Positions 51,667 through 61,409 of a stretch of DNA of 64,000 nucleotides are shown here, piece after piece; position 1 is the stretch's first letter, and every line of letters starts with the position of its first letter. Both the position numbers and the translations under genes were made by a program. Below the pieces are notes generated by a model, which worked only from the letters and a program-made list of their open reading frames with translations, searched no databases and was not told where the DNA came from. Source of the DNA: a virus (taxonomy: Duplodnaviria > Heunggongvirae > Uroviricota > Caudoviricetes); the IMG/VR virus record IMGVR_UViG_3300013121_000002, positions 43,976 to 107,975 of that record; one strand, given 5' to 3'.

Positions 51667-52014
51667 ATGACCTACTCCAAGCCACGCTACTACGACAACT
51701 ACACCATCGTGTTCCTGCCGTACCGGCTCGACGCCAACCACGTCGGCCAGCCGGACGCCAGCCGGGACGCCATCGTGTGGCGGGCCAACACCCCCAAGGG
51801 TGCCCTGCGCCGCCTCGGCAACGTCTTGGCGAATGTACGGACTGTCGGTCCCGGCTGGTTCGGGGTGATCCGCCCGGACGGCCTGTTCGTTAGCTACACT
51901 CAGCTACGGGACCAGATCGTCCATGACGCGGAGATCGCCCGGCGCATGGAGGCACGGGTCGTCGCCGAGTACGACGAGGACAACGACGACGCTCACCGGG
52001 GAGTTTCACTGTGA
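51667..52014 (+). CDS. Hypothetical protein
   Basis: 115 aa. Confidence 0.5.
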   Translation: MTYSKPRYYDNYTIVFLPYRLDANHVGQPDASRDAIVWRANTPKGALRRLGNVLANVRTVGPGWFGVIRPDGLFVSYTQLRDQIVHDAEIARRMEARVVAEYDEDNDDAHRGVSL

Positions 52015-52292
52015 CCACCACCGCCGACATCCAACTGCCGCTCATCAATCTGAACGGCACCAGCGCCGAGGAGCTAAAGCGCCTCAACGCCAATGCCTAC
52101 TACGCCCTCAAAACTGCCATTGAAGCGGTACACGCGGCGGCTCCGCATGGACGCGATTACCAGACGGTGCCCGGTGCCTATCAGGCGGCGCGAGCCGAGC
52201 ACATTGCGCGCGTCAACCGTCTGAGCGATATTCAAGACGAGTACATTGCGATCCTCACCGAGATCGGCAAGTCAATCCGGTCTGATCCTTAG
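52011..52292 (+). CDS. Hypothetical protein
   Basis: 93 aa. Confidence 0.45.
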   Translation: MTTTADIQLPLINLNGTSAEELKRLNANAYYALKTAIEAVHAAAPHGRDYQTVPGAYQAARAEHIARVNRLSDIQDEYIAILTEIGKSIRSDP

Positions 52293-52452
52293 CCCCCCTC
52301 CTACACTAGGGGTCAGATCGGTAAGCGCCGGGGTAGTAGGGGCAACCCTCCCCCGGCGCACTCATTTTCGTTAGCGTTCCACCTTGCAAACGAAATCAAA
52401 CGACATTATCTCATGGTCATCGAAACACGGTTCCTGTAGGAGGGAAACGACC

Positions 52453-52653
52453 ATGGGAAAGAACGGACCTAACAAGACGGTCGCGGAGTTCCGGCGCAAG
52501 GCTGGCCCGTCGCCACAGGCGGTCGAGGCGCGCAACCGCCGCCTCGGGGTCGGCCCGGCAGCCGAGGTGATGGAGCGCGTCTCCAAGGGCGAACTGACGC
52601 CCGCCGAGGGTGCCATGCTGGTCGCCGCGCTGGTTGCGAACAGGGAGGTCTAA
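52453..52653 (+). CDS. Hypothetical protein
   Basis: Initiation motif CCTGTAGGAGGGAAACGACCATG. The track ORF starts earlier, at 52384. Confidence 0.45.
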   Translation: MGKNGPNKTVAEFRRKAGPSPQAVEARNRRLGVGPAAEVMERVSKGELTPAEGAMLVAALVANREV

Positions 52654-52657
52654 GCCA

Positions 52658-53164
52658 ATGACGACCGCCCACGATCCGCACCAGTTCCAGAGCGCCACGG
52701 ACGCGCTCGACTTCATTCTCGCCGGGAATGCGTATTTCACGCTGCGGTCGCTCAAGACCGGCAAGCGGTACACCTACCGTGTCGCGGTCGCCAAGGACTC
52801 GCGCGATACCCCAACCCCGCTCCATTTCGTTAGCGTCCTGACCGGCCCTGACAACAGCAGCGACTACACCTACATCGGCACCATCCGGGACAGGACGTTC
52901 CGGTGGGGCAAGCGGGGTGGCCTCGATGCCAAGGCTCCCTCGGTGCAGGCCATCGAGTGGGCGCTGGCGCAGCTTGTCGCCGGGCGGCTGCCGACCTCCC
53001 TTGAAGTCTGGCATCAGGGCCGCTGCGGGCGCTGCGGGCGGCTCCTGACGGTGCCAGAGAGCATCGACCGGGGCCTCGGGCCGGAGTGCGCCGGAAAGAG
53101 CACCTTCGCCGCTACAGCGGTGTTTGCCCCGGCCAGCAGCGACGCCGAGGCTGGCACACCATGA
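52658..53164 (+). CDS. DUF6011-like zinc-binding protein
   Basis: C-terminal HQGRCGRCGRLLTVPESIDRGLGPECAGK matches the CxxCGRxLTxPxSxxxGxGPxC motif. Confidence 0.5.
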   Translation: MTTAHDPHQFQSATDALDFILAGNAYFTLRSLKTGKRYTYRVAVAKDSRDTPTPLHFVSVLTGPDNSSDYTYIGTIRDRTFRWGKRGGLDAKAPSVQAIEWALAQLVAGRLPTSLEVWHQGRCGRCGRLLTVPESIDRGLGPECAGKSTFAATAVFAPASSDAEAGTP

Positions 53165-53409
53165 CCGTGTTCGCGCCAGTCCTGCGCTACCTCGTCGAGA
53201 TCGAGCCGAAGTCAGGCATGTACGTCTCGCCAAAGCGCATCGGTATCACGTCCGGGCACGAGGCTTGGGCGGACGACGACTTGCAATTCCAGAACCTCCA
53301 TGACGCTCGCGAGTTCATTCGTATGGTCAAGACGAAGTACCCGCGCGCATCGGCTGTGAAGCTGCGGCTCCGGGCGACCCGTGAGTCAATCATCCAGAGC
53401 ATCAAATGA
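53161..53409 (+). CDS. Hypothetical protein
   Basis: 82 aa starting MTVFAPVLRYLVEIE. Confidence 0.45.
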   Translation: MTVFAPVLRYLVEIEPKSGMYVSPKRIGITSGHEAWADDDLQFQNLHDAREFIRMVKTKYPRASAVKLRLRATRESIIQSIK

Positions 53410-53606
53410 CCGCCGCCCGCACCGACCGCAAGGCAGTCCTCGTGGCGCTGCGGATCGCCATCGACGCCGAGGAGAGCCTGATCGACGCCTATCGCAACCA
53501 CTTCACTGGCGCAGTAGACGAGACGGAGCCGGGCGTGAAAATCGCCCGGCGCAACATCGCCGACTTCAAGCGCGTCCTGCGCAATCGTTACAAACTGGAG
53601 GAATGA
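53406..53606 (+). CDS. Hypothetical protein
   Basis: 66 aa. Confidence 0.4.
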   Translation: MTAARTDRKAVLVALRIAIDAEESLIDAYRNHFTGAVDETEPGVKIARRNIADFKRVLRNRYKLEE

Positions 53607-53607
53607 A

Positions 53608-53886
53608 ATGGGTGTCGTCGCTAACGTAAGTGCCACACAGTATCCGAAGCAGAGCGACCGGATCGGCACAACAGCCTCGATCTGCTTCAACTACGACACG
53701 TCGGTGCAGTTCGACGGCATCATCATCCGCGACGACATGGAGTCGCCGGGCGAGCTTCTGTTCCTGCTCAGCGACGGGCGCGTCATCCGGTCGGTCGAGT
53801 GCATGTATCAGTTACCGGCCACCAACGCCGTGACCAACCCGGTCACATTCGTTCCGTTTGGGCTTGACGCCAAGCCAAATCATTAG
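53608..53886 (+). CDS. Hypothetical protein
   Basis: 92 aa. RBS GGAGGAATGAAATG. Confidence 0.45.
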   Translation: MGVVANVSATQYPKQSDRIGTTASICFNYDTSVQFDGIIIRDDMESPGELLFLLSDGRVIRSVECMYQLPATNAVTNPVTFVPFGLDAKPNH

Positions 53887-53930
53887 CATATTCCGGTCAT
53901 CGGCAATTCATTAGCGTAGGAGCTAAAGCC

Positions 53931-54185
53931 ATGCACGACCTTAGGCACATCATCTACCTCAACGACCGCCGCGCCGACACCATGCGGCCCCGGCCGGACA
54001 TCCGGGCGCAGCGCGCCGCCGCCCGCCCCCTCGACGAAATCCTCGGGCCGACCGAGATCGTCGGCGGCTTGGTCAACCAGTCCCGACTCGCCCGCCCCCT
54101 CAACGAAATCCTCGGGCCGACCGAGGTGGTGGGCTCGATCCCACCCGAGGGTGTCCCCGGCAAGGGCTACCGCCAGCTTCGCTAA
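53931..54185 (+). CDS. Hypothetical protein with an internal duplication
   Basis: PLDEILGPTEIVGGLVNQSRLARPLNEILGPTEVVG. Confidence 0.4.
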   Translation: MHDLRHIIYLNDRRADTMRPRPDIRAQRAAARPLDEILGPTEIVGGLVNQSRLARPLNEILGPTEVVGSIPPEGVPGKGYRQLR

Positions 54186-54240
54186 CCAAATGGTGGCCGT
54201 CCCTTCGGGGACGGCCCCGGCCTTGTAGGAGGGGCCGACC

Positions 54241-54966
54241 ATGGAAACCAATCGCATCATCGACAAGATCAGAAAGCTCCTCGCACTGGCGACCTCGCCG
54301 AACGAGGAGGAGGCCGCGGCAGCCGCCATGAAGGCGCAGGAACTGCTCGCCCGGCACAACATCCTGCGCGAGCAGGTCGAGACTGTTGTCACAGCGACCG
54401 AACCCCTTATCGAGGTGGTGGTCAGTACGCCCCGCGACGCGTGGCGACAGGCCCTCGGTCAGGCGACCGGACGCCTGTACTTCTCGGTCCACTACGTTGA
54501 CATGCTCGGGGAGGTCACCATCGACGACCACACGTTCGTCGGCGAGGTTCACAACGCTTCGGTCGCCGCGCTCATGTTTGGTTATCTCAGCGATACGGTC
54601 GAGCGTTTAGCGCAGGTGGCGGCTGAAACCAATCCTGATCCGAAGTACGCCGCCGCGTTCCGCAACGGCTGTGCAGCCCGCCTGTTCGTCCGTCTCAACG
54701 AACGGTTCATCGCCTCCACCAAGGGCAAGCTCGACGCCACCGGCACCACCCTACCGGCGCTCACGAACCTCTACCAGCGGGCGCTCACGAAGATCATGCC
54801 CATGCTGGCGAACAAGGGGCTGGTCAGCGACAGCGTCGCTCTGCGTGGCGAACACAAGCAAGGCTGGGATGATGGCAGGGCCGCCGCCGACAGGGTCGGC
54901 CTCGACACACAGATCGCCGAGGAAGGGGTCGAGCGGATTGGCGCTCCGCTCCAGCAGATAACGTAA
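54241..54966 (+). CDS. DUF2786-like protein
   Basis: N-terminus IDKIRKLLALATSPNEEEAAAAAMKAQELLARHNI matches the DUF2786 pattern. Confidence 0.55.
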   Translation: METNRIIDKIRKLLALATSPNEEEAAAAAMKAQELLARHNILREQVETVVTATEPLIEVVVSTPRDAWRQALGQATGRLYFSVHYVDMLGEVTIDDHTFVGEVHNASVAALMFGYLSDTVERLAQVAAETNPDPKYAAAFRNGCAARLFVRLNERFIASTKGKLDATGTTLPALTNLYQRALTKIMPMLANKGLVSDSVALRGEHKQGWDDGRAAADRVGLDTQIAEEGVERIGAPLQQIT

Positions 54967-55018
54967 TGTCAGACGCCGGGTTGACACCATCAGCCCGGCA
55001 TCATAGCGTCCGTAACGA

Positions 55019-55094
55019 TCCCCGGTAGCTCAACTGGTAGAGCACCCGCCTGTTAAGCGGACGGTTGCTGGTTCGAGCCCGGCTCGGGGAGCCA
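55019..55094 (+). tRNA. tRNA-Asn (GTT) with encoded CCA
   Basis: D-arm GCTCAACTGGTAGAGC. Anticodon loop CTGTTAA. T-arm GCTGG-TTCGAGC-CCGGC. 3' end TCGGGGA-G-CCA. There is one acceptor mismatch, so tRNAscan confirmation is needed. Confidence 0.55.
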
Positions 55095-55110
55095 ACGATT
55101 TGAGGCCGTC

Positions 55111-55542
55111 ATGCCTGTGATCTTCCAGCAGCGAATCTATCGCGCTGACCTTCAAGCCAACCGCAAGACACTCTACCTGTTCGGCGACAACACAGCCCGC
55201 TCGGGCTACGGCGGTCAGGCCGAAGCCTGCCGCGGTGAGCCTAACGCAGTCGGCATCGTAACCAAACACAACCCATCGACCCGCCCCGGTGCGTTCTTCG
55301 ACGACCGGGATTTCGAGCGCAACACCGCGCAAATCGACCGCGATCTCACGCGCGCTTTCGATCACCTTCACGCTAATCCTCTAAACATCGTGGTGATCCC
55401 GCTCGACGGTATCGGCACCGGCCTGTCCGATCTGGCGCAGCGCGCTCCGCGGACATTTGCCCACCTCCAGTTCCGGCTCCAACAACTGGTCGCCCTCGGC
55501 GATCCCACCGCGCCTCTGCCGCGCAAGAGAGTGAAACCATGA
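55111..55542 (+). CDS. Hypothetical protein
   Basis: 143 aa. Conserved-looking LYLFGDNTARSGYGGQAEACRGEPNAVGIVTK segment. Confidence 0.5.
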   Translation: MPVIFQQRIYRADLQANRKTLYLFGDNTARSGYGGQAEACRGEPNAVGIVTKHNPSTRPGAFFDDRDFERNTAQIDRDLTRAFDHLHANPLNIVVIPLDGIGTGLSDLAQRAPRTFAHLQFRLQQLVALGDPTAPLPRKRVKP

Positions 55543-56003
55543 CGTATCCAGCCAGTGTCCTGCTCATCGCCAAGGCAATCTGCAAGAGCGGAAAATTCGA
55601 GACTGGTGAGGGAACCTGCTCGATGCTCTGCATGGATCAACTCGGCGATGCCCGGAGCAACTGCGCCCATGTGATCGCCGTTCACGGCGACTTGGCGACA
55701 CAAATCAATAGCGCCATCGACCCGATGACGATGCTGCGCTCCTCCTACTTCGGGCCGACCGGGCCGACTGGTTCGTTAAGTAGGCGCTATCCGCCCGACT
55801 ACGAGGATGCGGCAACCGGGTCCACCTATGAACCGCCAGAACTCGTCGGCATGGATGAGTACGCCCGGCGCGCAGAGGTCGAAGCCAGCATTCGCTACGA
55901 CCTAGATTCTCGGCCAATCATTCCTTTTTGGGCAATAGCACTTCTGGTATTTATTGCCCTGACTGCTATCTACATCATCGGCCGCACAATAACGGGAGGC
56001 TAA
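55539..56003 (+). CDS. Hypothetical protein with a C-terminal TM anchor
   Basis: IPFWAIALLVFIALTAIYIIG. Confidence 0.45.
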   Translation: MTYPASVLLIAKAICKSGKFETGEGTCSMLCMDQLGDARSNCAHVIAVHGDLATQINSAIDPMTMLRSSYFGPTGPTGSLSRRYPPDYEDAATGSTYEPPELVGMDEYARRAEVEASIRYDLDSRPIIPFWAIALLVFIALTAIYIIGRTITGG

Positions 56004-56007
56004 TAAA

Positions 56008-56466
56008 TTGGCGCAAGACGCAATCATTTGCGACATCGACGGCGTGCTCGCTGACGTGCGGCACCGGCTGCCACTGATTCACACTCAGCCTGCCCAGTGG
56101 AACAGTTTCTTCGACCTGATCCCGCGCGATCCGCTGATCGAGCCTATGCAGCGGCTCCTCATCGCCCTGAGCACGTCACTGACCATCATCCTCGTCACCG
56201 GGCGACCGAAGAAAACCGAACAGGCCACGCTCGACTGGCTGCGCGATAAGCGCGTACCGTTCGACCTCCTCTACATGCGCAACGATGGCGATAGCCGCCA
56301 TGAGCGGATCATCAAGGAGGAGGCGGTCGCTGCCATCCGCTCGCGCAACATCACCCCAATCATTGCGTTCGAGGATTCGCCTGCCGTGGTCAAGGCGTAT
56401 CAGGAACTGGGCATCCTCTCATTCGAGACGTGGCGCACCAAGCCGCCACGGCGCGTCCCGGTGTAG
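56008..56466 (+). CDS. HAD-superfamily phosphatase (nucleotidase/PNK-phosphatase-like)
   Basis: DxDGV motif CDIDGVLAD. TGRP motif. Confidence 0.6.
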   Translation: MAQDAIICDIDGVLADVRHRLPLIHTQPAQWNSFFDLIPRDPLIEPMQRLLIALSTSLTIILVTGRPKKTEQATLDWLRDKRVPFDLLYMRNDGDSRHERIIKEEAVAAIRSRNITPIIAFEDSPAVVKAYQELGILSFETWRTKPPRRVPV

Positions 56467-56472
56467 GTCAGA

Positions 56473-56669
56473 TGTGGCAGCCTATCGAAACCGCCCCGTT
56501 CGACGTGCGCATCCTCGTCGGCGCTTGGATCAACGGTCACTGGTACTGTCAAATCACCATCGGCCGCCTTGGGCGACCCGGCCCACTCTGGCCGTACCTC
56601 GGCAAGAAACTGCCCCACATCAGCAAACCAACCCACTGGCATAATCTCCCGGAGCCGCCCAATGGTTGA
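56473..56669 (+). CDS. DUF551-like protein
   Basis: MWQPIETAPFDVRILVGAWINGHWY pattern. Confidence 0.45.
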
Positions 56670-56898
56670 TATGACCATCACTGGCTACGCCGTCGTTGAC
56701 GGTGAAGGTTCGATCCTCATCAACACGATTGCGCAGACCCGCAAAACGGCAATGATTAGCTGGCTGCGGGTCTATGGTCGGATGCGCGTCATGGACGACG
56801 ATCCCGAGGAGACGGTCGAGCACTGGTTCGATCATCGCCGCCACGGCTGCACCGTTCAACACGTCCGGGTCGAAATCACACATCCTAAAGCGAATTAA
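56662..56898 (+). CDS. Hypothetical protein
   Basis: Start MVDMTITGYAVVDGEG. The track ORF starts earlier, at 56569. Confidence 0.4.
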   Translation: MVDMTITGYAVVDGEGSILINTIAQTRKTAMISWLRVYGRMRVMDDDPEETVEHWFDHRRHGCTVQHVRVEITHPKAN

Positions 56899-57189
56899 AT
56901 GGCTAGAGAGTTCACCATCCCAGCGAGCCTGCTCAAGCAGGTTTTCGCCGACAAGAGTTCAACCGATCTCCACAACGAGCAGGTTGAAAAAATCCTACAC
57001 GCCCTGTTTGAGCCGATGATTGCTGGCGGCACATTCGGCGACGTGCTGGTCACGCTCGAAAGCCTCGTCGTCGGCACAATGCTCGTCGGCGAGGCTCGCG
57101 GTTTCGTTACACCGACCCTACGAAAGGGGTTGCTCGACCTGTTACGGGAACGGGTCGATGAGCGGCTTGCCACGCTATCCGAAGGGTGA
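56899..57189 (+). CDS. Hypothetical protein
   Basis: 96 aa. Confidence 0.45.
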   Translation: MAREFTIPASLLKQVFADKSSTDLHNEQVEKILHALFEPMIAGGTFGDVLVTLESLVVGTMLVGEARGFVTPTLRKGLLDLLRERVDERLATLSEG

Positions 57190-57192
57190 TCC

Positions 57193-57525
57193 ATGGGAAA
57201 CGCTAACAATATTGTCGCCAAGCTCAACAAGGCGACCGGCCCGAACGACGAGCTAGACCTTGAGGTGTTCGAGACGCTGTTCCCGAACGTCGATCCCTAC
57301 AGCTACAACAGCGATCCGCGTTATCCCAATTACACCGGCAACATGCGCGCCACACTTGACCTGATCCAGCGCCATGACGCAGCCGCTACCGTGTCGCTCA
57401 GCATCCGCCTCAACGCCACCACCGCTGTCGTGACCGTCAATCAGCGTCCCGGCTCGACGGTTCACCCCTACCCTGAAATTGCCCTGCTGATCGCTGCCGT
57501 GATCGCCCTGTCGGCGCGGGTATGA
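57193..57525 (+). CDS. Hypothetical protein
   Basis: 110 aa. Confidence 0.45.
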   Translation: MGNANNIVAKLNKATGPNDELDLEVFETLFPNVDPYSYNSDPRYPNYTGNMRATLDLIQRHDAAATVSLSIRLNATTAVVTVNQRPGSTVHPYPEIALLIAAVIALSARV

Positions 57526-57630
57526 ATTTTTCCGTTATCGTTGTCAGATTTCGTTTGCAAACGATAATGAACCGACCTATGTAGGTGTTACCGGGATGAC
57601 CCGGCAACGATTTGTAGGAGAATCAATCCC

Positions 57631-58611
57631 ATGGCTCACAAGATCGACACGATGGCTTGGACCGGCGAAAAGCCGTGGCACAAGCTCGGCGTGGAAGTTC
57701 CCGCCAACCTCACCCCCGCCGAGATTGGCGTGGCTGCTGGCTTAAACTGGACGGTCAGCAAGACCCCGATTTATTACGACCAGAACGGCGTGATGGTTCC
57801 GGTCCCGGATCGCGTTGCTCTGATCCGCGACGACCGCAAGACGGTCCTCTCCGTCACCTCGCCCCGCTACAACGAGGTGCAGAACGAAATCGCCCTCGGC
57901 TTCTTTGACCAGTTCGTCAAGGCCGGGCAGATCACCATGGAGACGGCAGGATCGCTCGCTGGCGGTCGCTACATCTGGGCGCTCGCTCGCCTCAACAAGG
58001 ATTTCAAGCTGGCCGGTCACGATCAGGTCAACGGCTACGTCCTGCTGATGCAGCCCCATGCGGTCGGCCGGTCGATGATCGGGCAGTTTACGCCGGTTCG
58101 GGTCGTCTGCTGGAACACCTTGACCTACGCTATCGGCAACAACCTCAAGGGCTCGGCGTCGGCCTTCCGTATGCCGCACTCGCAGAAGTTCGACGAGAAG
58201 ATGAAGGAACGGGCGGCACTCACCATCGGCCTCGCGACGGCGCAGATGACCACATTCGAGGAAGCGGCCAGCTTCCTCGCCAGCAAGACCGTCCCGGCCG
58301 CCGAGGTCGAGGAGTTCTTCACCACGATCCTTAAGTTCGATCCGACCAAGGCCGAGAAGAATGCGGATGGTTTGATCCGCGAGCCTCGCGCCCTCCCGAA
58401 GCTCCGGGCGGCACTGATCTCCTCCCCCGGCGCTAACCTCGCTTCGGCCGAGGGGACGATCTGGGGAGCCTTCAACGCGGTGTCCGCTTACACCGACCAC
58501 ATCGCCGGTCGGTCGGACGACACCCGGCTCCAGTCGGCGTGGCTGGGCCAGTCGGCAGCCCTCAAGCGCCGGGCTTTCGACCTCGCGGTTGATTGGGCCA
58601 AGCGGTCGTAA
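57631..58611 (+). CDS. DUF932 / phage-plasmid-like protein (TIGR03299-like)
   Basis: N-terminus MAHKIDTMAWTGEKPWHKLGVEV...LNWTV matches the family pattern. 326 aa. Confidence 0.6.
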   Translation: MAHKIDTMAWTGEKPWHKLGVEVPANLTPAEIGVAAGLNWTVSKTPIYYDQNGVMVPVPDRVALIRDDRKTVLSVTSPRYNEVQNEIALGFFDQFVKAGQITMETAGSLAGGRYIWALARLNKDFKLAGHDQVNGYVLLMQPHAVGRSMIGQFTPVRVVCWNTLTYAIGNNLKGSASAFRMPHSQKFDEKMKERAALTIGLATAQMTTFEEAASFLASKTVPAAEVEEFFTTILKFDPTKAEKNADGLIREPRALPKLRAALISSPGANLASAEGTIWGAFNAVSAYTDHIAGRSDDTRLQSAWLGQSAALKRRAFDLAVDWAKRS

Positions 58612-58665
58612 CACAATCGAGGAGCCGGGGCAGTCCCGGCTCCTCACCACCCCGGAGTAACGACC

Positions 58666-58890
58666 ATGGCCGCCACCCTCTGCACCTACTGCAACCACCT
58701 CTACCTCTACCCGTGCAACGGCGGCGACCGGACGTGCCCGAATTTCGTTTACCTGAACCGGCATAACCCCGGCGCACCGGCTGTTGTGCAGCCGAAGCCG
58801 GTGCCTGCTCCAGCCCCGGCTCCGGTCGCGCGCAAACGATTGACTGAAGCTCCTGAACCCCCGCCCGTTGTACGGCGGCGCATAACGTGA
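58666..58890 (+). CDS. Small Cys/Pro-rich protein
   Basis: 74 aa with CTYCNHLYLYPCNGGDRTCPNF. Confidence 0.4.
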   Translation: MAATLCTYCNHLYLYPCNGGDRTCPNFVYLNRHNPGAPAVVQPKPVPAPAPAPVARKRLTEAPEPPPVVRRRIT

Positions 58891-58914
58891 TCCCCATAAA
58901 AGGAACCAAATCGA

Positions 58915-59235
58915 ATGTCGGCCTCCATCACCAAATTGACCACCGTGCCCTCGGCGACGGAAACCTACGTCCCCCTCGACCGGCCACAGCGTCCAGTGAT
59001 CGTCGATCTCGCCCGGCTCGACGGTATCGAGGGAGTGCGGATCGTCAGCGACCAGATCGGGCACTGGATCAAGAAAGACCCGAAGCACAATCGTCTCGGC
59101 ACGCTCGCGCGCCGCGCCAACCTCGGCAATTCGACCGTGTCGAAAATCTACAGCCGCGAGACGTTCTCGCCGCGGATGACGACCCTCATGTATATCCTCC
59201 GGGCGCTCGGCTTCTCGGCCGTCCGGTTCGAGTAG
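58915..59235 (+). CDS. XRE-like HTH protein
   Basis: LGTLARRANLGNSTVSKIYSRE...TLMYILRALG. Confidence 0.5.
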   Translation: MSASITKLTTVPSATETYVPLDRPQRPVIVDLARLDGIEGVRIVSDQIGHWIKKDPKHNRLGTLARRANLGNSTVSKIYSRETFSPRMTTLMYILRALGFSAVRFE

Positions 59236-59236
59236 G

Positions 59237-59581
59237 ATGGTGAGCAGCAAGAGCCCGCACGGCTGGGGCCGCCGCGCATTTCGCAGGGGCGAACCTCGGG
59301 AATCCGGGGATCGCCTCTCCGACTATAATCGTGACGAGTTTCGTCGCGGTTGGGATAACGAAGCTGAGCACGCGGCGGCTAATCCAAAGCCGATGGTCAC
59401 GTTCGTTGACGAGGCTAATCAGATCGACCAGTCGGTCGTGCAGAACATTGCTGATCTACGCGAAGCACTGGAATGGGCGCTTCCTCAACTCCTGTTCATG
59501 GGCGTGGCTGTACCAGCGAAGTATGCTCGCCTCATCGACATGCCCGCACTCGACGACGCGGACGAGGATGAAAAGGACTAA
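59237..59581 (+). CDS. Hypothetical protein
   Basis: 114 aa. Confidence 0.45.
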   Translation: MVSSKSPHGWGRRAFRRGEPRESGDRLSDYNRDEFRRGWDNEAEHAAANPKPMVTFVDEANQIDQSVVQNIADLREALEWALPQLLFMGVAVPAKYARLIDMPALDDADEDEKD

Positions 59582-59584
59582 CGA

Positions 59585-59869
59585 TTGCGTAGGCCAGTCC
59601 CGCCGTTCCGCATCGAGACACGCTCGCTGTCGCCTGCCGTCTGGTACGTCATCCTCGACGCCGAAGGCTACCCGTTGGCGCGACTGGCAGACCTCGACCA
59701 TCTCAAGCGCGAACTTGTCGAGTGCGAGCGCCGATGGGGACAGGGCGAGGCACCGTCTCCAGTGCCCCGCAGGCGGCTTGTAGTCGAGGAACCACCATCA
59801 CCACCTATCGAGCGGCGGCGCACGCCGCCTGACCCCGCCCCTGCGCGCAAGAGGAGCTTGTTTGACTAA
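59585..59869 (+). CDS. Hypothetical protein
   Basis: 94 aa. Confidence 0.4.
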   Translation: MRRPVPPFRIETRSLSPAVWYVILDAEGYPLARLADLDHLKRELVECERRWGQGEAPSPVPRRRLVVEEPPSPPIERRRTPPDPAPARKRSLFD

Positions 59870-60108
59870 TGCAAATGTATCGCTTCAAGAAAGGCGCGCG
59901 GCGGCCCGGTAAGGAACAGCGGATCGAGATCGACCCGAACCTCGACGCCAACCCGCTGCCGCGCATCTACCTCAAGGACGCCACCGGGTGGACCGTGCTG
60001 GTGTTCGAGAAGGAAGCCGACCTCAAATCATTGATGAGCGAGGTCCACCGCCTGTATAATCGCATCGAACGCTGGCCCGAGGAGGAAACGAATGCGTCTG
60101 GTAATTGA
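59869..60108 (+). CDS. Hypothetical protein
   Basis: 79 aa. Confidence 0.4.
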   Translation: MQMYRFKKGARRPGKEQRIEIDPNLDANPLPRIYLKDATGWTVLVFEKEADLKSLMSEVHRLYNRIERWPEEETNASGN

Positions 60109-60226
60109 AATCGTTGGCAGCTTAGTTGTCATCGGCCTACTTGTTCTCGGCGTTGATTATCTTCGCCGGATCATCCAGCGGCTCCTCGATAAGCGAGAGC
60201 CGCCCAACACAGGGGAAAACACATGA
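60092..60226 (+). CDS. Small membrane peptide (44 aa) preceding the SPFH gene
   Basis: MRLVIEIVGSLVVIGLLVLGVDYLRRIIQRLLDKREPPNTGENT. RBS GGAGGAAACGAATG. Overlaps the next start (ATGA). Confidence 0.35.
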   Translation: MRLVIEIVGSLVVIGLLVLGVDYLRRIIQRLLDKREPPNTGENT

Positions 60227-61206
60227 GCCGTCGAGAGTTCAACAGCCGCGAAGAAATGCTCGCAGCACAACAGGCAGCCGCCGACAAGCTCAGGCGACAA
60301 ATCATTCGCTGGGGCATCATGGCTGCCACTGCCGTGGTTGGCCTCGTCCTGTTCACATCGGCGACCTACGTCGTCAACGCTGGCTACCGCGGCGTGGTTC
60401 TGACGCAGGGTGCTATCACTGGCGTCAGCGAGCGAGGATTCCACTGGCAGGTGCCATGGTTCCAGAACGTCGTATTCATCGATGTGCGCGAGCAGACGAC
60501 CCTGTTCGAAAATATCGAGGTCTATTCGCGCGACCAGCAGACCGCCACCGTTCGATTATCGGTGTCGTGGCGCGTGAATGAAGCTACGGTGGACCGGCTC
60601 TATGAGAGCTACACGACCGTCGCCAATGCGCGCTACCAACTGATCGACCGCGTGATCGAGGACGCCTTCAAGCCGGTGTTCAGTCAGTACACGGCGCAGA
60701 CCTCGATCCAAGAGCGCGCTCGCCTCAACTCCGAAGTCAGCGCCGCCATCATCAGCCGCATCCGAGCGACGGACCTGCTGATCCCGGTCAGCGTACAGGT
60801 CGAGGATGTCGCGTTCGATGACGTGTACGAAGCTGCGATCAACCGGCAGGTTCAGGCCGAGGTCGCCGTGCGCGAGACGGAGCAGACCACGGCCCGCCAG
60901 ATCGTGCAGGCCGAGGCTGATGCCCGCATCCGGGTTATCGACGCCCAAGCAACGGCCGACGCACAGGTGGCCGCTGCTACCGCCAACGCCGAGGCTACCC
61001 GGCTCAATGCCGTCGCCAACGCCGAAGCGATCCGCCTGCGGGGTGAAGCCGAGGCTACGGCGATCACCGCCAAGGGCGAAGCTCTGGCTGCCACGCCGGG
61101 CCTAACCGCCTACATCATCGCCGAGCAATGGAACGGCGTGCTTCCGACCACCATGATCCCCGGCGCGGCGGTGCCAATGCTCCAGTTGCCGGTGACGACG
61201 CCGTGA
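60223..61206 (+). CDS. SPFH/band-7 (prohibitin/HflK-like) domain protein
   Basis: N-terminal TM, then an SPFH core: VVNAGYRGVVLTQGAITGV...VQVEDVAFDDVYEAAINRQV. Ala-rich coiled-coil C-terminus. Confidence 0.8.
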   Translation: MSRREFNSREEMLAAQQAAADKLRRQIIRWGIMAATAVVGLVLFTSATYVVNAGYRGVVLTQGAITGVSERGFHWQVPWFQNVVFIDVREQTTLFENIEVYSRDQQTATVRLSVSWRVNEATVDRLYESYTTVANARYQLIDRVIEDAFKPVFSQYTAQTSIQERARLNSEVSAAIISRIRATDLLIPVSVQVEDVAFDDVYEAAINRQVQAEVAVRETEQTTARQIVQAEADARIRVIDAQATADAQVAAATANAEATRLNAVANAEAIRLRGEAEATAITAKGEALAATPGLTAYIIAEQWNGVLPTTMIPGAAVPMLQLPVTTP

Positions 61207-61409
61207 TCGCCGAGTACCCCACCGACGAGATCGCCAAGACGGTGTGCAAAATGGGGCAGGGCCACAAGTGCTGCCGCTACCTGACCATCGGTGGCGACGG
61301 CTGGAGTTGCGAGAAATGGGGTGACCTACGAGCCACCCTCGATGCTCGGGCCGCGGCCGGGACAATGGTGGCGCGCGGGGACAACTGCGAAGGTCGCATG
61401 TCGCGATAA
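61203..61409 (+). CDS. Small Cys-rich protein (start uncertain)
   Basis: ...CKMGQGHKCCRYLTIGGDGWSCEKWGDL. Confidence 0.3.
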   Translation: MIAEYPTDEIAKTVCKMGQGHKCCRYLTIGGDGWSCEKWGDLRATLDARAAAGTMVARGDNCEGRMSR

